Source of the DNA: an uncultured Hydrogenophaga sp. | Lineage (GTDB): Bacteria; Pseudomonadota; Gammaproteobacteria; Burkholderiales; Burkholderiaceae_C | Direction of reading: 5' to 3' | Assembly: GCA_964520365.1 (NCBI GenBank) | Contig: CAZFOT010000001.1 | Span: 1 to 61,885 of the forward strand | Length of the DNA: 61,885 bases | In this document: positions 10,629 through 20,978 of the stretch, piece by piece | Layout of the letters: each line of letters starts with the position of its first letter | Position numbering within the stretch: position 1 is the first letter of the stretch | Made by a program: the position numbers and the translations under genes | The notes under the pieces: model-generated | Told to the model about the DNA's origin: nothing | Databases searched by the model: none | Seen by the model: only the letters and a program-made list of their open reading frames with translations

Positions 10629-12230
10629 TCAGCCCAAGCGGGCGAACAATGAGATCAACAGGGTGTGCAGAGGTGCGATGAAGACATGGGTCGCCACGAG
10701 ACAAATCAACCCCAGCCCCACCATCAGCCCGATGAAGCGCTTGCGCAACGTCTGGGCCGAATTGAATTCGGCAGCAGTGGAGATGTACGGAATCACCACC
10801 ATGGGCCGCTGCCCGGTGAGCGCAGTCACGGCGTTGGCCCCTCTCACGCGGGCAAACACCATTTCGAGCAGCACCGCCATCCCCGCGGCGGCGGCCAGGG
10901 CGAGGAAAAACCCGAGCGCAACAAGTTTTTTTCGGCTGGGTTTGATGGGGTATTCGGGCATCAGGGGTGGCTCAAGCAAGCTGAAACGTTCACCTTGCTG
11001 CTCACCTTCCAAGTTCTGGACGATCTGCGCAGACATCTGCTTGGATCGCAGATCCTCGTACTGGGTTCGGGCGGAATCATGGTCACGCTGAAGTGCCGCG
11101 AGATCCCGTTCAACCTGCGGAGCTCGAGTCACTTGTGCCCGGAGCTGGCCAATGGTGCCACGAAGCGTGCGCTGCTGATCGGCCAGCAGATCGGCCCGCG
11201 CACGGGTAGTGGAAATCCGTGCCTCGAGCCGCGAAACCGCCAACCGGGCCTGGGCGACGGCGGCATCGCGCACTGGGTTGCTGGAAGTGGCCTCTGTCCG
11301 CAAAGCCCGTTCAAGCATTTCAATCTGTCGCTGCTGGGCACGCACATCCGGATGATCCTCGGTATAGATACCGCGAATGCGCGCCAATTCCGAGCGCGCA
11401 CGGTCCAACGCCTGCTCGGCAGCGCTCGGACCGACCGGGGCCACCACACCGGGAGGCAACACGCCGGCCCGAGCCCCCATCAACTCCACCTCCAGCGTCT
11501 GCAATTCGTCGAGCGCCAGACGGCGCTCTCGCTCGGCGGCGCGAAGATCGCTCTCGAGACTCTGGATGTTTGCCATCGTCACCACATGGTCTCCTCCTGC
11601 CGCACCACCCTGCCTGCGTTTGTATGCCGCAATGCGCTGCTCCAGTTCTTCAAGCTGGGATTTCACCCGCTCTGCCTCCTGATTCAGGAATTCGTTGGTT
11701 CGTGAGGCCTGTTCAACCTGCTGCCTTGCACTGCTCTCCAGAAACAATTGAACAAGTGCATTCGCGACCTCCAGCGCTTTTTCCGGTTTGCCATGCTGAA
11801 AGGACACATTAAAAGCAAAGTTATTGTTAGGGCGCTCCCAACTCGGCATGTTTCCAATGAGCACCTGCACTCCGATGCTCTTGCGCATTCCCTCCACCAC
11901 ATCCGTGTCCTTCAGCGTCCGTCCATCGACCGGATCAAACACCTGGTGCTTGGCCGCGATGCGCAGGAGGTTCTCGCGCGTCATGATGCGCTGGCCTACG
12001 GCGTGAACACGCTGCTCGGCATTGCCCGGCGATGTGGGACGCACAATATCGCCCGAGATCTGCGGTGCCTCCGCCAGCAAGGTGCCAGTGGATTCATACA
12101 CCCGCGGCAACAGCATCGCGACGACCACGGACACAGCCAACACCACGCCAAAGGTCAGGATGATGGCTAGCGCCCAGCGCCGCGCGATGGACAGATAGTC
12201 TTGGAGACTGAGTTGATAGTCGGCCGACAT
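10629..12230 (-). CDS. Polysaccharide co-polymerase / chain-length determinant (GumC/Wzc N-part)
   Basis: Two TM segments flanking a coiled coil; YTEDHPDV and LEPPLMPEYPIKP motifs. Confidence 0.88.
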   Translation of the reverse strand: MSADYQLSLQDYLSIARRWALAIILTFGVVLAVSVVVAMLLPRVYESTGTLLAEAPQISGDIVRPTSPGNAEQRVHAVGQRIMTRENLLRIAAKHQVFDPVDGRTLKDTDVVEGMRKSIGVQVLIGNMPSWERPNNNFAFNVSFQHGKPEKALEVANALVQLFLESSARQQVEQASRTNEFLNQEAERVKSQLEELEQRIAAYKRRQGGAAGGDHVVTMANIQSLESDLRAAERERRLALDELQTLEVELMGARAGVLPPGVVAPVGPSAAEQALDRARSELARIRGIYTEDHPDVRAQQRQIEMLERALRTEATSSNPVRDAAVAQARLAVSRLEARISTTRARADLLADQQRTLRGTIGQLRAQVTRAPQVERDLAALQRDHDSARTQYEDLRSKQMSAQIVQNLEGEQQGERFSLLEPPLMPEYPIKPSRKKLVALGFFLALAAAAGMAVLLEMVFARVRGANAVTALTGQRPMVVIPYISTAAEFNSAQTLRKRFIGLMVGLGLICLVATHVFIAPLHTLLISLFARLG

Positions 12231-12243
12231 GGAAAAGGAACTA

Positions 12244-13413
12244 CTAAAAATCAGGGTGCGAGTACACCAACCCCAGGGCCACCGAATGGCCTCGAGCGCT
12301 CGGCCCACCATAAGTCCTGACGCGCCGGTGCTCCAGGCCTATCGTCAATGCCCAGAACGGCGTCAGTTCAGAGCGGACCCGAGCAAACACGGTGGTGCCT
12401 GCCTCGCGATCCATTTCCAACGACCGAGCGTGCCCAGCACCGACGGAGAGCGATGTGTTGACAGTGAACGGATACGTCAGCGAGGTTTCGACAGTCTCGA
12501 CAAGCAAGTAACCTCCAAAAGCACCGCTTACGCTGACTTCGCGGAGCCAAGCCAATGTGTAGTCAATCGTTTCACCATCGTACGAAAGCCGCAATCCGCC
12601 CACAGGATGCGTTGTCCCGCGCAGTGCCCTGGTGCGAACAGCGCCCACAGAGCCCACCAATGCGAGGTCTTCGCTAAGGCGGGCCTCATAGGCCAGGCCG
12701 ATGCCCGCCCGGGATGCGCGGCCAGCGCCCTCGTCGTCTGGCGAAGGAATGGTGCGACCCTCTTGACGCAAGCGCGCCGCAGCGGCCGTCAAGGAGTAGC
12801 GTGTGTCGGCACTGTATTGCCAGTGATGGGCTGCACCCATGCTGGTCTCGTTGTAGTCCCGTATGAGCGGCGTGTCGTACTTCACGCGTGCGTGGGCCGC
12901 CTCGAGCTCCAAGGTAGTGTTTGAAGTCAGGCCCTTGGACCAATTCGCCCCGAGGGTTCCGATTCGCTGGGTGGTGTCCAGCGCGACACGCCCGAAGTCG
13001 GCAAACTCGGTCTCTCGGGTGGACTCCTCCATCAAGGACGCACGCAACCCGAACACACCCGTGGGGCTGCGGCCCTCCCACAAGACGCTCACGCTCGGAA
13101 GGCTCCGGTGCGCGCTCAGGTCGGTGTTGCTGGAGCGCTCGATCAGGCCGCCGAGCGTCAACTCCGTGCGCGAACCATCACGTGCGGAATGCAGGGTGTA
13201 TTCAGGGTGAATTCGAAACAGCGTCACGCTGCCGCGCCGTGCCGCGCTTCCTCCATCTGCGCCATCATCTTCCCCGCCGCCTTCCGCAACAAGGTTCGGG
13301 TTGTTGACGCGCACGACCTCCATCGGTACCGTCAACGAGTTCTGGGCCATCGCCGCCGACCCCGCCAGTGACAAGGCAGACACTAGCAAAAATAAGATGC
13401 AGTCGGGTTTCAT
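12244..13413 (-). CDS. Outer-membrane beta-barrel protein of the EPS export system
   Basis: Signal peptide, alternating beta-strand pattern, C-terminal Phe; lies between wza and the co-polymerase. Confidence 0.65.
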   Translation of the reverse strand: MKPDCILFLLVSALSLAGSAAMAQNSLTVPMEVVRVNNPNLVAEGGGEDDGADGGSAARRGSVTLFRIHPEYTLHSARDGSRTELTLGGLIERSSNTDLSAHRSLPSVSVLWEGRSPTGVFGLRASLMEESTRETEFADFGRVALDTTQRIGTLGANWSKGLTSNTTLELEAAHARVKYDTPLIRDYNETSMGAAHHWQYSADTRYSLTAAAARLRQEGRTIPSPDDEGAGRASRAGIGLAYEARLSEDLALVGSVGAVRTRALRGTTHPVGGLRLSYDGETIDYTLAWLREVSVSGAFGGYLLVETVETSLTYPFTVNTSLSVGAGHARSLEMDREAGTTVFARVRSELTPFWALTIGLEHRRVRTYGGPSARGHSVALGLVYSHPDF

Positions 13414-13415
13414 GA

Positions 13416-13976
13416 TTACGGCACCAGGATGGTGTCACCCGACATCAGAATCACGTTGGACTCAAGCTGACTCCCCTTGACCAGATCGTTGTAGCGCACG
13501 GACAGGATCTGCGGCCCCTGGGGCGTATTGCGCAGCACCCGGATGGCGTTGCCATCGGCGAAGCGGTCAAGCCCACCCACCTGGCTGAGCATCTGGAGCG
13601 CGGTCGTTTCAGGCGAGGTCAACACCACCGCCCCTGGATTGACCACCTTGCCAAGCACATAGACCCGATTGCCGTCGGTGCCCGTGATGGCCACGGTCAC
13701 CACCGCTTCCGGAATGTATTTCTTGAGCTTCTCTGCTACACGGGCCTCGGCTTCCGTCGTGCTCAGGCCAACCACCTCGACCCGGCCAGCCAGAGGGAAC
13801 GTGATGCTGCCGTCCGGCAACACGCGCACCTCCATCCGAAGCGTCTCATCCCTCCATACCGACACCATGAGGGCATCCCCATGCCGGAGTTTGTAGGCAC
13901 CTTGCACCTGAGCTGCAGCGGACCAACTGACCGGCACCAACATGGCCAATATCATGAAGCGCGTGAAAATAGACAT
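13416..13976 (-). CDS. Polysaccharide export protein (short Wza/OPX type)
   Basis: YKLRHGD, VLPDGSITFPLAG, VYVLGKVVNPG and GDTILVP motifs. Confidence 0.9.
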   Translation of the reverse strand: MSIFTRFMILAMLVPVSWSAAAQVQGAYKLRHGDALMVSVWRDETLRMEVRVLPDGSITFPLAGRVEVVGLSTTEAEARVAEKLKKYIPEAVVTVAITGTDGNRVYVLGKVVNPGAVVLTSPETTALQMLSQVGGLDRFADGNAIRVLRNTPQGPQILSVRYNDLVKGSQLESNVILMSGDTILVP

Positions 13977-14089
13977 GATCAGTCTCCAGGAATTTCAGAA
14001 AATTCAGGGTTTTTCAGAAAGCAAGTACTCACATTGATAAAGCAATGCCGCCCATATCTTGGCGGCACCGACTGCCAACGCACTGTTTC

Positions 14090-14104
14090 GCATCGACACT
14101 GCCA
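14090..14104 (-). promoter_or_regulatory. Possible sigma-54 promoter for the export operon
   Basis: Minus strand TGGCAGTGTCGATGC has correct GG-N10-GC spacing about 115 bp upstream of the wza start; imperfect match. Confidence 0.3.
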
Positions 14105-14778
14105 AAGCACCTCAGGCTTCAAATGCTTACAACCTTCATCTTACGCTATCAGCGCCCACGCGCGATCGGCGTCCCCATAAATTTGAGGTTGCAGGACGCA
14201 CGTGCATGGACAATTCGTGGAAAATTTTTCACCTTGCGCGCGCTTGCCGCTTGGTCTTGCCATGGGAACCTGCATCATTGCCGGGGCTGCGATACTCAGG
14301 TTCGGCCGCATCGACCGCAAGTCCACTCAGGAACAACAGGAACACCGAGACATCATGGAGCCACGTTGCCTTGAAGCGTCACCGAAAACCATGGCGGCAA
14401 GCGGGCCTGGGTGCCGTGCCAGAGGCTTCGCGCTCTATTCTGCCTGGCTGACTGCCTCGTCTTCGGCACCACCGGAGAAGCCGGTACGCTGGACAAGGCC
14501 GCCTTGGATGTGCCGCCCGCAGCGACACGGTCTCGCCCGCCCCCCCATAGCGCCGACTGCGGCATCCAGGGACACCCCGCGACCGTGCCCGCGCTTCGTC
14601 TCGGGGCACAGCCTCACACGCCCCCTATGCGGCAAACACCGCCGATATCGCGCGCAGCCTTGGCGGCCCTTTGGCTGCCAGCTACATCATGATCACCGAA
14701 AACCACAACCTGCTCGACGCAATCGTTTCTGGTTTCCTGCAAGGCCTTGATTCTCGGCCCATCTCACGACGCCCGTGC

Positions 14779-15297
14779 ATGATCGACAGCAAGAAAGCCA
14801 ACCGGACACGCGAGTCCCTGCTTCCAGGCGAGTGGAGCCCTGGCAAGCGCCTGCTGTCCAGCAAACAGGACTACCAGCGATGCCAACAAAAACGCACGAC
14901 ATTGCGGGTCCTGCGAATCGCCTCGGCCGTATTGCGCCATCGCTTTTGGAGCGCCCTCAGTGGCGCGGACATCCCGCTGAACTGCCTGTCGGGTGGCGGC
15001 TTGCTCTTGCCACATCCCAATGGGGTGGCCATCTATCCGGACGCCCAGATCGACCCCAACTGTCTGATCGTCCAACAAGTGACGGTCGGAACATTGGCAT
15101 CCGGAGGAACCTCCTGTATCGGAGGGCATGTGGACATCGGAGCCGGAGCCAAGCCGCTGGGGAAGATCGTGATGGGCGATCATGCCCGGATCGGCGCCAA
15201 CGCCGTCGTTCTGGCCGATGTGCCGCCAGGGGCAGTGGCAGTCGGCGCCCCGGCACGCTGCTTGCCACCGGATCGGGGAGCCGTGCCGTATGCCTGA
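14779..15297 (+). CDS. Serine-acetyltransferase-like hexapeptide-repeat acyltransferase (possibly drifting)
   Basis: GLLLPHPNGV, QQVTVG, IGGHVDIGAGAK and IGANAVVLADVPPGAVAVGAPAR motifs. Confidence 0.75.
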   Translation: MIDSKKANRTRESLLPGEWSPGKRLLSSKQDYQRCQQKRTTLRVLRIASAVLRHRFWSALSGADIPLNCLSGGGLLLPHPNGVAIYPDAQIDPNCLIVQQVTVGTLASGGTSCIGGHVDIGAGAKPLGKIVMGDHARIGANAVVLADVPPGAVAVGAPARCLPPDRGAVPYA

Positions 15298-16255
15298 AAG
15301 CAAACTTGGCGTGGTGGCCATCGGACGCAACGAGGGTGAGCGGCTGCGACGCTGCCTCGGTTCCGTGATCCCGCTCGTGCCAGCCGTGGTCTACGTCGAT
15401 TCCGGCTCCACCGACGGATCGAACCGGATGGCCAGCGAGATGGGCGCCCAGGTGGTCGATCTCGACATGTCCCGCCCCTTCACCGCCGCCAGGGCCAGAA
15501 ACGAAGGCCTGCGCCGCTTGTTGCAATGTCACCCCGACATCGACTTCGTGCAATTCGTCGACGGCGATTGCGAAGTGGTATCCGACTGGCTCGAGGCCGC
15601 GCAGCACTTCCTGCGAAACCATCCGGAGCATGCGGTGGTCTGCGGCCGACGGCGGGAGCGATACCCTGATCGCTCCGTCTACAACCGCTTGTGCGATCAA
15701 GAGTGGGACACGCCGGTGGGCGAGGCGCTGGGCTGCGGTGGCGACGCCATGATGCGGGTCGCTGCCCTGCAAGCGGTCGGAGGCTACCGGGACAGTCTCA
15801 TCGCCGGCGAAGAACCCGAGTTGTGCGTGCGGCTTCGCCAGGCGGGCTGGCGCGTGTACCGCATCGATCGGGAAATGACGCTGCACGATGCGGCCATGAC
15901 GCGATTTGGCCAGTGGTGGCGTCGGACGGTGCGGGCCGGCCACGCATTCGCCGAGGGTGCCTGGCTGCACGGCGGGCCGCCCGAGCGCCATTGGGTCCAG
16001 GAGACTCGCCGGGCTTTCTTCTGGGGCATGTTTCTGCCCGCATTGATCGTGGTCATCGCGATAGGTCTGGGCCCATCTGGATGGCTGCTAAGTCTGATCT
16101 ACCCATTGCAGTTGCTGCGCTTGTTCTTGCGGAACGGCTCGGCAAGCGCAAGCACTTTTCTTTTGATCGGCAAGTTCGCCGAAGCCTGGGGTGCTCTCAG
16201 GTTTCACGTCGACCGCATGCGTGGCGTCGCGGGCCATATCATCGAGTACAAGTGA
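15290..16255 (+). CDS. Glycosyltransferase family 2
   Basis: VVAIGRNEGERL, YVDSGSTDGS, FVDGDCE and AGEEPELC motifs. Confidence 0.9.
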   Translation: MPESKLGVVAIGRNEGERLRRCLGSVIPLVPAVVYVDSGSTDGSNRMASEMGAQVVDLDMSRPFTAARARNEGLRRLLQCHPDIDFVQFVDGDCEVVSDWLEAAQHFLRNHPEHAVVCGRRRERYPDRSVYNRLCDQEWDTPVGEALGCGGDAMMRVAALQAVGGYRDSLIAGEEPELCVRLRQAGWRVYRIDREMTLHDAAMTRFGQWWRRTVRAGHAFAEGAWLHGGPPERHWVQETRRAFFWGMFLPALIVVIAIGLGPSGWLLSLIYPLQLLRLFLRNGSASASTFLLIGKFAEAWGALRFHVDRMRGVAGHIIEYK

Positions 16256-16280
16256 TGCGGCCCACTGGAGGTTATCTCAA

Positions 16281-16847
16281 TTGAATCCAGGTCTGATCGG
16301 CAATTGGTCTCCCGGCATCGGCGACCCAAGCCCAGGTGGCTGGCTGACCGTGCTGTTGTACCTCGTGGCCGCCTGGGCCGCCTGGCGGGTGTTGCGCACC
16401 TGGAACGGGTCGGACACCCGCACCAGACGCAATGAGCGCTGGTTCTGGAAGGTGCTGGTCGTCGGCCTGATCGTGCTGGGCATCAACAAGCAACTCGACC
16501 TGCAGAGCGCGCTCACCGAACTCGGCCGCATCCTGGCCGATCGGCAGGGTTGGTACGCCGATCGACGCCAGGTCCAGATGGCTTTCATTGCGGGCGTTGG
16601 CGTCATGGGCCTGACCATGTTTGCCGCCATCCTGCATCTCACCTGGGGCGCGCCCACGGCAACCATCTGGGCCCTGCTCGGAAGCATCGGCCTGGTTGCC
16701 TTCGTGATCATCCGGGCCGCGTCATTCCACCACGTCGATGCTGTGCTGGGCACCCGCCTTTCCGGATGGCGGATCAACTGGCTGCTGGAGATGGGGGGTC
16801 TGCTGGTGATCATCGGCAGCGCATGGCGAAGACGAGGAAACGCCTGA
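16281..16847 (+). CDS. Conserved membrane protein of EPS clusters, function unknown
   Basis: WSPGIGDP and LGINKQLDLQS motifs, ~5 TM segments; GGAGG RBS before TTG. Confidence 0.65.
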   Translation: MNPGLIGNWSPGIGDPSPGGWLTVLLYLVAAWAAWRVLRTWNGSDTRTRRNERWFWKVLVVGLIVLGINKQLDLQSALTELGRILADRQGWYADRRQVQMAFIAGVGVMGLTMFAAILHLTWGAPTATIWALLGSIGLVAFVIIRAASFHHVDAVLGTRLSGWRINWLLEMGGLLVIIGSAWRRRGNA

Positions 16848-17560
16848 TGCGCGTTACCTACTTCACCAACCAGTATCCGAAAGTCAGCCACAGCTTCATT
16901 TGCCGGAAGATTCTGGCGCTGGAGCGCCAGGGCGTGGAAGTGGTGCGCGCCTGCTCGGAGGGCGGGGCTTTTCGTTCACGGTGCATGGCCCGGACGAGTT
17001 CGACCAGCCCGCTGGGGTTGCACTTGCGCGAGAAAATCGAGGCGACCGTACGGGTTGTCGCCATCAGCTCCTACGGTCGAAGCCAGTCGTATCGCTGGGT
17101 GGACCACGATCACTGGCCAAAGATCGAGGTGGTCCATTGTGGTCTGGAGGCGTCGTTCCTGGATACCCCTGCACTCGAGGCGCTTCCCTACGATCAGCGA
17201 CTGGTCTGCGTAGGGCGTCCATGCGAGCAAAAAGACCAATTGCTCCTCCTCGATGCGATCCGCCTGCTCAGGGATCAGGGCGAAAGGGTTCACCTGGTAC
17301 TGGCTGGCGATGGCGAGATGAGAACCGAGCTCGAGCGATTCGTTCAACACCATGGTTTGCAGGTCATGGTCAGCATCACTGGCTGGATCAGCAACGACCG
17401 CATGCGGCAGGAGCTTCTGTCCGCCAAGGCCATGGTGCTTGCCACGCCCACAGAGCGGTTGCGGGGAATGGGAATGACTGCCCGGGCCCGGGTTGTTGAA
17501 CGGCACGCCATCGACACGGAGGCTGCCAAATTGCGACACCTGTTCCAATCCTTGCAATGA
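16847..17560 (+). pseudogene. Decayed GT4 (WcaL-like) glycosyltransferase
   Basis: The start matches the intact paralogue at 52849, but a large N-domain block is missing, the FSFTVHGPDEFD motif is out of frame, and the EGLPVV..EAMA motif is deleted. Confidence 0.8.
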
Positions 17561-18750
17561 TCACCTTCATCAGTTGGACGATGCTGGCAACCGGCGCCGT
17601 GCTGCTGGCACTGGTTGCGCTGCTGGCCGTCCAGACGCTGGCCAGCATCTTGCCGACCCACGCGCGCCCGTCCAAAACGCAGCCGGACGATCCAGCGCCC
17701 TCGTTTGCCGTCCTGATGCCAGCGCACGACGAAGCCGAGATCATTGGGTCCATGGTGGCAAGCGTTCTGGACGGGCTGCCCGCCGAGGCACGCCTTCTGG
17801 TGGTGGCCGACAACTGCACCGACGACACAGCGGCCCGGGCAAAAGATTCCGGCGCCGACGTGCTGGAACGCTTCGATGCCCAACGGCGCGGCAAGGGCTA
17901 CGCGCTGGCCCATGGAGCAGCCCACCTGCGCGCCGCGCCACCCGACGTGGTGATCGTGCTCGATGCCGACTGCGTTGCCGGGCCAGGCAGCCTGGCGCTG
18001 ATTGCGGCGACCGCCCATCGCCTGCAGCGACCCGTGCAAGCGATGTACGACATGGTGGCGCCGCAGGGCGCCAGTCTGATGCAGCGAATGGCCGCTTTCG
18101 CATGGGACTTCCGCACCCGCCTGCGCGCCGAGGGTTACAGACGCCTGGGGTTGCCTTGCCAGTTGATGGGCAGTGGCATGGCGTTTCCCTGGCCGGTTCT
18201 GCAGCAAGTCAACCTGGCCACGGGCCACATCGTCGAGGACCTCAAACTGGGGCTCGACTGCGCCCTGATGCGAAAGCCACCGCTGTTCCTGCCCGCGGCG
18301 CTGGTGACCAGCAGTTTCCCCACCAACGAGCAAGGCTCCCGGTCGCAGCGCAAGCGCTGGGAACACGGCCACCTGAGCATGGTCGCCACGCAGGCTCCTG
18401 GCCTGTTGTGGAAATCCTTGAGCGGCGGCAACGCCGGCTTGCTGGCCCTGACTCTGGACATGTGCGTGCCGCCCCTGGCGCTGCTCGCCCTGCTGCTGGT
18501 TGTTCAAGCAGCGGCTGCAGGCCTGCTGGTCTGGCTCGGCTTGGCCTGGCCTGTGGTTCTCACCATTTCCCTGGGCAGTTTGGTCTTGCTGGTCCTGACG
18601 GTGCTGGTGGGCTGGTGGCGCGCCGGCAGGCGCTGGATCGGCCTGGGCGAACTGCTGTCCGTTCCCTGGTACATCATGCGCAAGCTCCCACTCTACCTGG
18701 GCTTCCTCACCCGTCGCCAGATGAGCTGGATCAGGACACGCCGGGACTGA
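17557..18750 (+). CDS. Glycosyltransferase family 2 with TM segments
   Basis: MPAHDE, VADNCTDDT, VLDADC, IVEDL and QRKRW motifs. Confidence 0.9.
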   Translation: MITFISWTMLATGAVLLALVALLAVQTLASILPTHARPSKTQPDDPAPSFAVLMPAHDEAEIIGSMVASVLDGLPAEARLLVVADNCTDDTAARAKDSGADVLERFDAQRRGKGYALAHGAAHLRAAPPDVVIVLDADCVAGPGSLALIAATAHRLQRPVQAMYDMVAPQGASLMQRMAAFAWDFRTRLRAEGYRRLGLPCQLMGSGMAFPWPVLQQVNLATGHIVEDLKLGLDCALMRKPPLFLPAALVTSSFPTNEQGSRSQRKRWEHGHLSMVATQAPGLLWKSLSGGNAGLLALTLDMCVPPLALLALLLVVQAAAAGLLVWLGLAWPVVLTISLGSLVLLVLTVLVGWWRAGRRWIGLGELLSVPWYIMRKLPLYLGFLTRRQMSWIRTRRD

Positions 18751-18843
18751 GGCGGCACACTCCCATCACGCACGCCGCAAAAAGGAACTGTTCATGATGT
18801 CTTCAGCTTCAGCGACCTAGGATGAAACTAGGAATGGTGCTGC

Positions 18844-18992
18844 ATGCTGGTTTCGCGCTCCTTAAAGTGCGTGCGGCAGGGACGAGGTGCCTGGGTGCTC
18901 ATGCCCAATACCGAAATGCTCTTTCGGCTCAACAGGGAGACCGGCTACCGTGACCTCGTTACCAGAGCCTACATCCTCTCAACAGGCGACAT
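18844..18992 (+). pseudogene. WecB/TagA/CpsF glycosyltransferase remnant, cut by an IS end
   Basis: RQGRGAWVLMPNTEMLFRLNRETGYRDLV aligns with ARGEGAWLVTLNTEMLARGSREPAYLALI of the gene at 31128. Confidence 0.6.
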
Positions 18993-19699
18993 GAGCAGGC
19001 TGCTGGATACCTACCTGGTCGTCCCTGATGAATCCCTGATACCCGCATAGACGCTGGACTTTCGGGTGATTGCGGATGAGAGAAATTCCCAGTTTGATTT
19101 CCAATAGAGGCTGTTTTCTGGGAGTTCTGTCGTGCTGTTTGCCTGCCCCGCCACCGACGATTTCTTTCGCTCGCGCATCGACCACATGATCGATCTGCGT
19201 CACCCGCTGGTGGTGCTGGCCTCACGCATGCCCTGGCAAGAGATCGAAGCATGGGTGGCTCAGGTGTTCTCACGCAAAGGCCGCGCTGGCGTAAGCATGC
19301 CCGATCTGGACCTCTTCGGTAAGCAGGTGCAGCGCGTTGCAGTGTGCCCACAACAGTGCCTACGGCATATTGATGCAACGACGCAAGCGCATCGAGAGGG
19401 CTTCGGATGGGCCAAGACCATCGGTCAGATCCGGCAAGTGATGGGGCGCGGGCTCAAGAATGTCGATCAGATATTCGTGCTGAACATGGCCGCCTACAAC
19501 CTCGTGCGCATGCGCTCGCTGGGACACGTCGGCCTGCAAGGTACCCGATGAAACCAAAAGGCACGCTCAGCATCACCTGCGCGGCTCGAATCGAGTTTCA
19601 ATGCACCTTGGACTCATCAAAACTGACCAGGTCACTGAAATCTCGCTATCACCAAGGTTAGACATGAGATTCGACGCGTAGTATTTCAGCAGCCTGCTC
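18993..19699 (+). mobile_element. Defective IS5-family element with chimeric transposase remnant
   Basis: Inverted ends GAGCAGGCTGCTGGATAC / GTATTTCAGCAGCCTGCTC; the internal ORF 19132-19551 joins an IS5-family N-terminus (DDFFRSRIDHMIDLRHPL) to a C-terminus (GFGWAKTIG...AAYNLVRM) with no DDE core. Confidence 0.8.
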
Positions 19700-19743
19700 T
19701 AAGCTCCAGCCGTTCAACAAGATTTGCACCAAGGCAGCAGCAA

Positions 19744-20775
19744 ATGTCATCATTCATCCACAACGTCTATGAGCTATCACCCGCATCGGAATATTTTGTG
19801 GCTTTGGACAGATATCCAAAAGATATTTGGAAAAATTATAGCGCATTACCAGCCAATGCTTTGGAGAATTATATCCAAAAACCCAAAATCTCAAGATACC
19901 GGGCTGCGCTTCAAGCAACGGCATCTGCTCGAAGAGGTGAGAACGCTCTGATAATATCCCATCTGCCCGCGATGTCTGTTGCTACAAGCTGGGCCATGAA
20001 ACTAACAGGCTTTAAATGCCCTCATTTTGCATTTTCTTTCAATTTTACAAATTTACCCACAAAGCAAAGAAAAATATACATGCAAAGGGCTTTTTCAAGG
20101 ATAGATAGGTTTTTTGTTTTTTCTCAATTCGAAAAAGAATTATACAGTGAGTATTTTTCAATTCCAATCGATAAATTAATATCTCTACCTTGGACGCAGC
20201 CCCCTCCAGCAGTAAGACCATGGGGCCCCGATCCATTTAATGGAGATTATTTATGTGCCGTTGGCGGCGAGGGAAGGGACTACGAACTGCTGGTCCAAGC
20301 AGCCATCAAAACAAATATTCCAATTATTATTATTGGCAGATCAAAAAAATCTCTTGCACTCAAGAATCACTCAAGAATCATTTTTTTGGAAAATCAACCT
20401 TCAGACTTAACTTGGTGGTATGCGAAAAATTCGAAGGGCATGATTTTGCCTCTTAAAACCGAATCAACATGCTGCGGCCAGATCACATTAGTATCTGCGC
20501 TGATGCTGGGAATTCCAATAGTCACAGCCCAATCACGTGCCTTAGACGAGTATCAAGATGATCATTTGAAATCACTTCAATACACCCCAGGAAATCTAGA
20601 AGATCTTTGTCTACAAATGAGAATTTTGTATGAAGATTGGGAGAGCTTGAAAAGCACTTCTGCAAATCTCGCAGAACATTACAGGTTGAAATTTAATAGA
20701 AATATCTGGTCTATAAAGCTAGAGCAACAAATAGAAGATATCAAGAAAGAGGGGTTTTCCATTGGTCACGTCTGA
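19744..20775 (+). CDS. GT-B fold glycosyltransferase (GT4-like), strongly AT-rich
   Basis: FSFNF, AVGGEGRDY and CGQITLVSALMLGIPIV motifs; A/T-ending codons dominate. Confidence 0.75.
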   Translation: MSSFIHNVYELSPASEYFVALDRYPKDIWKNYSALPANALENYIQKPKISRYRAALQATASARRGENALIISHLPAMSVATSWAMKLTGFKCPHFAFSFNFTNLPTKQRKIYMQRAFSRIDRFFVFSQFEKELYSEYFSIPIDKLISLPWTQPPPAVRPWGPDPFNGDYLCAVGGEGRDYELLVQAAIKTNIPIIIIGRSKKSLALKNHSRIIFLENQPSDLTWWYAKNSKGMILPLKTESTCCGQITLVSALMLGIPIVTAQSRALDEYQDDHLKSLQYTPGNLEDLCLQMRILYEDWESLKSTSANLAEHYRLKFNRNIWSIKLEQQIEDIKKEGFSIGHV

Positions 20776-20852
20776 TGAATCCACGAAATCCGCGTAGAGG
20801 CGTGGAAGAAATAAACTATGTCCTCACTCAGATGCACTCAGAAGAGAGAATC

Positions 20853-20974
20853 CATGGCCAAGACAGCACGCCCGTTGGTCATTGGCCCTTCGCAATACGA
20901 AGCCCTGCGCAAAGCGGTGCAGGCGCATCAACAAGCGACCTTGTCCGAGTTGACGCTGGCCTGGACCGAGTTCA
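20853..20974 (+). pseudogene. Probable IS630-type transposase N-terminal fragment, interrupted by IS5
   Basis: RPLVIGPSQYEALRKAVQAHQQATLSEL resembles the IS630 HTH region; ends at the CTAG target of the next IS. Confidence 0.4.
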
Positions 20975-20978
20975 CTAG

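Noticed and set aside
14045..14750. Short ORFs in the divergent intergenic region
   Set aside because: Overlapping frames with no recognisable motifs or clear RBS
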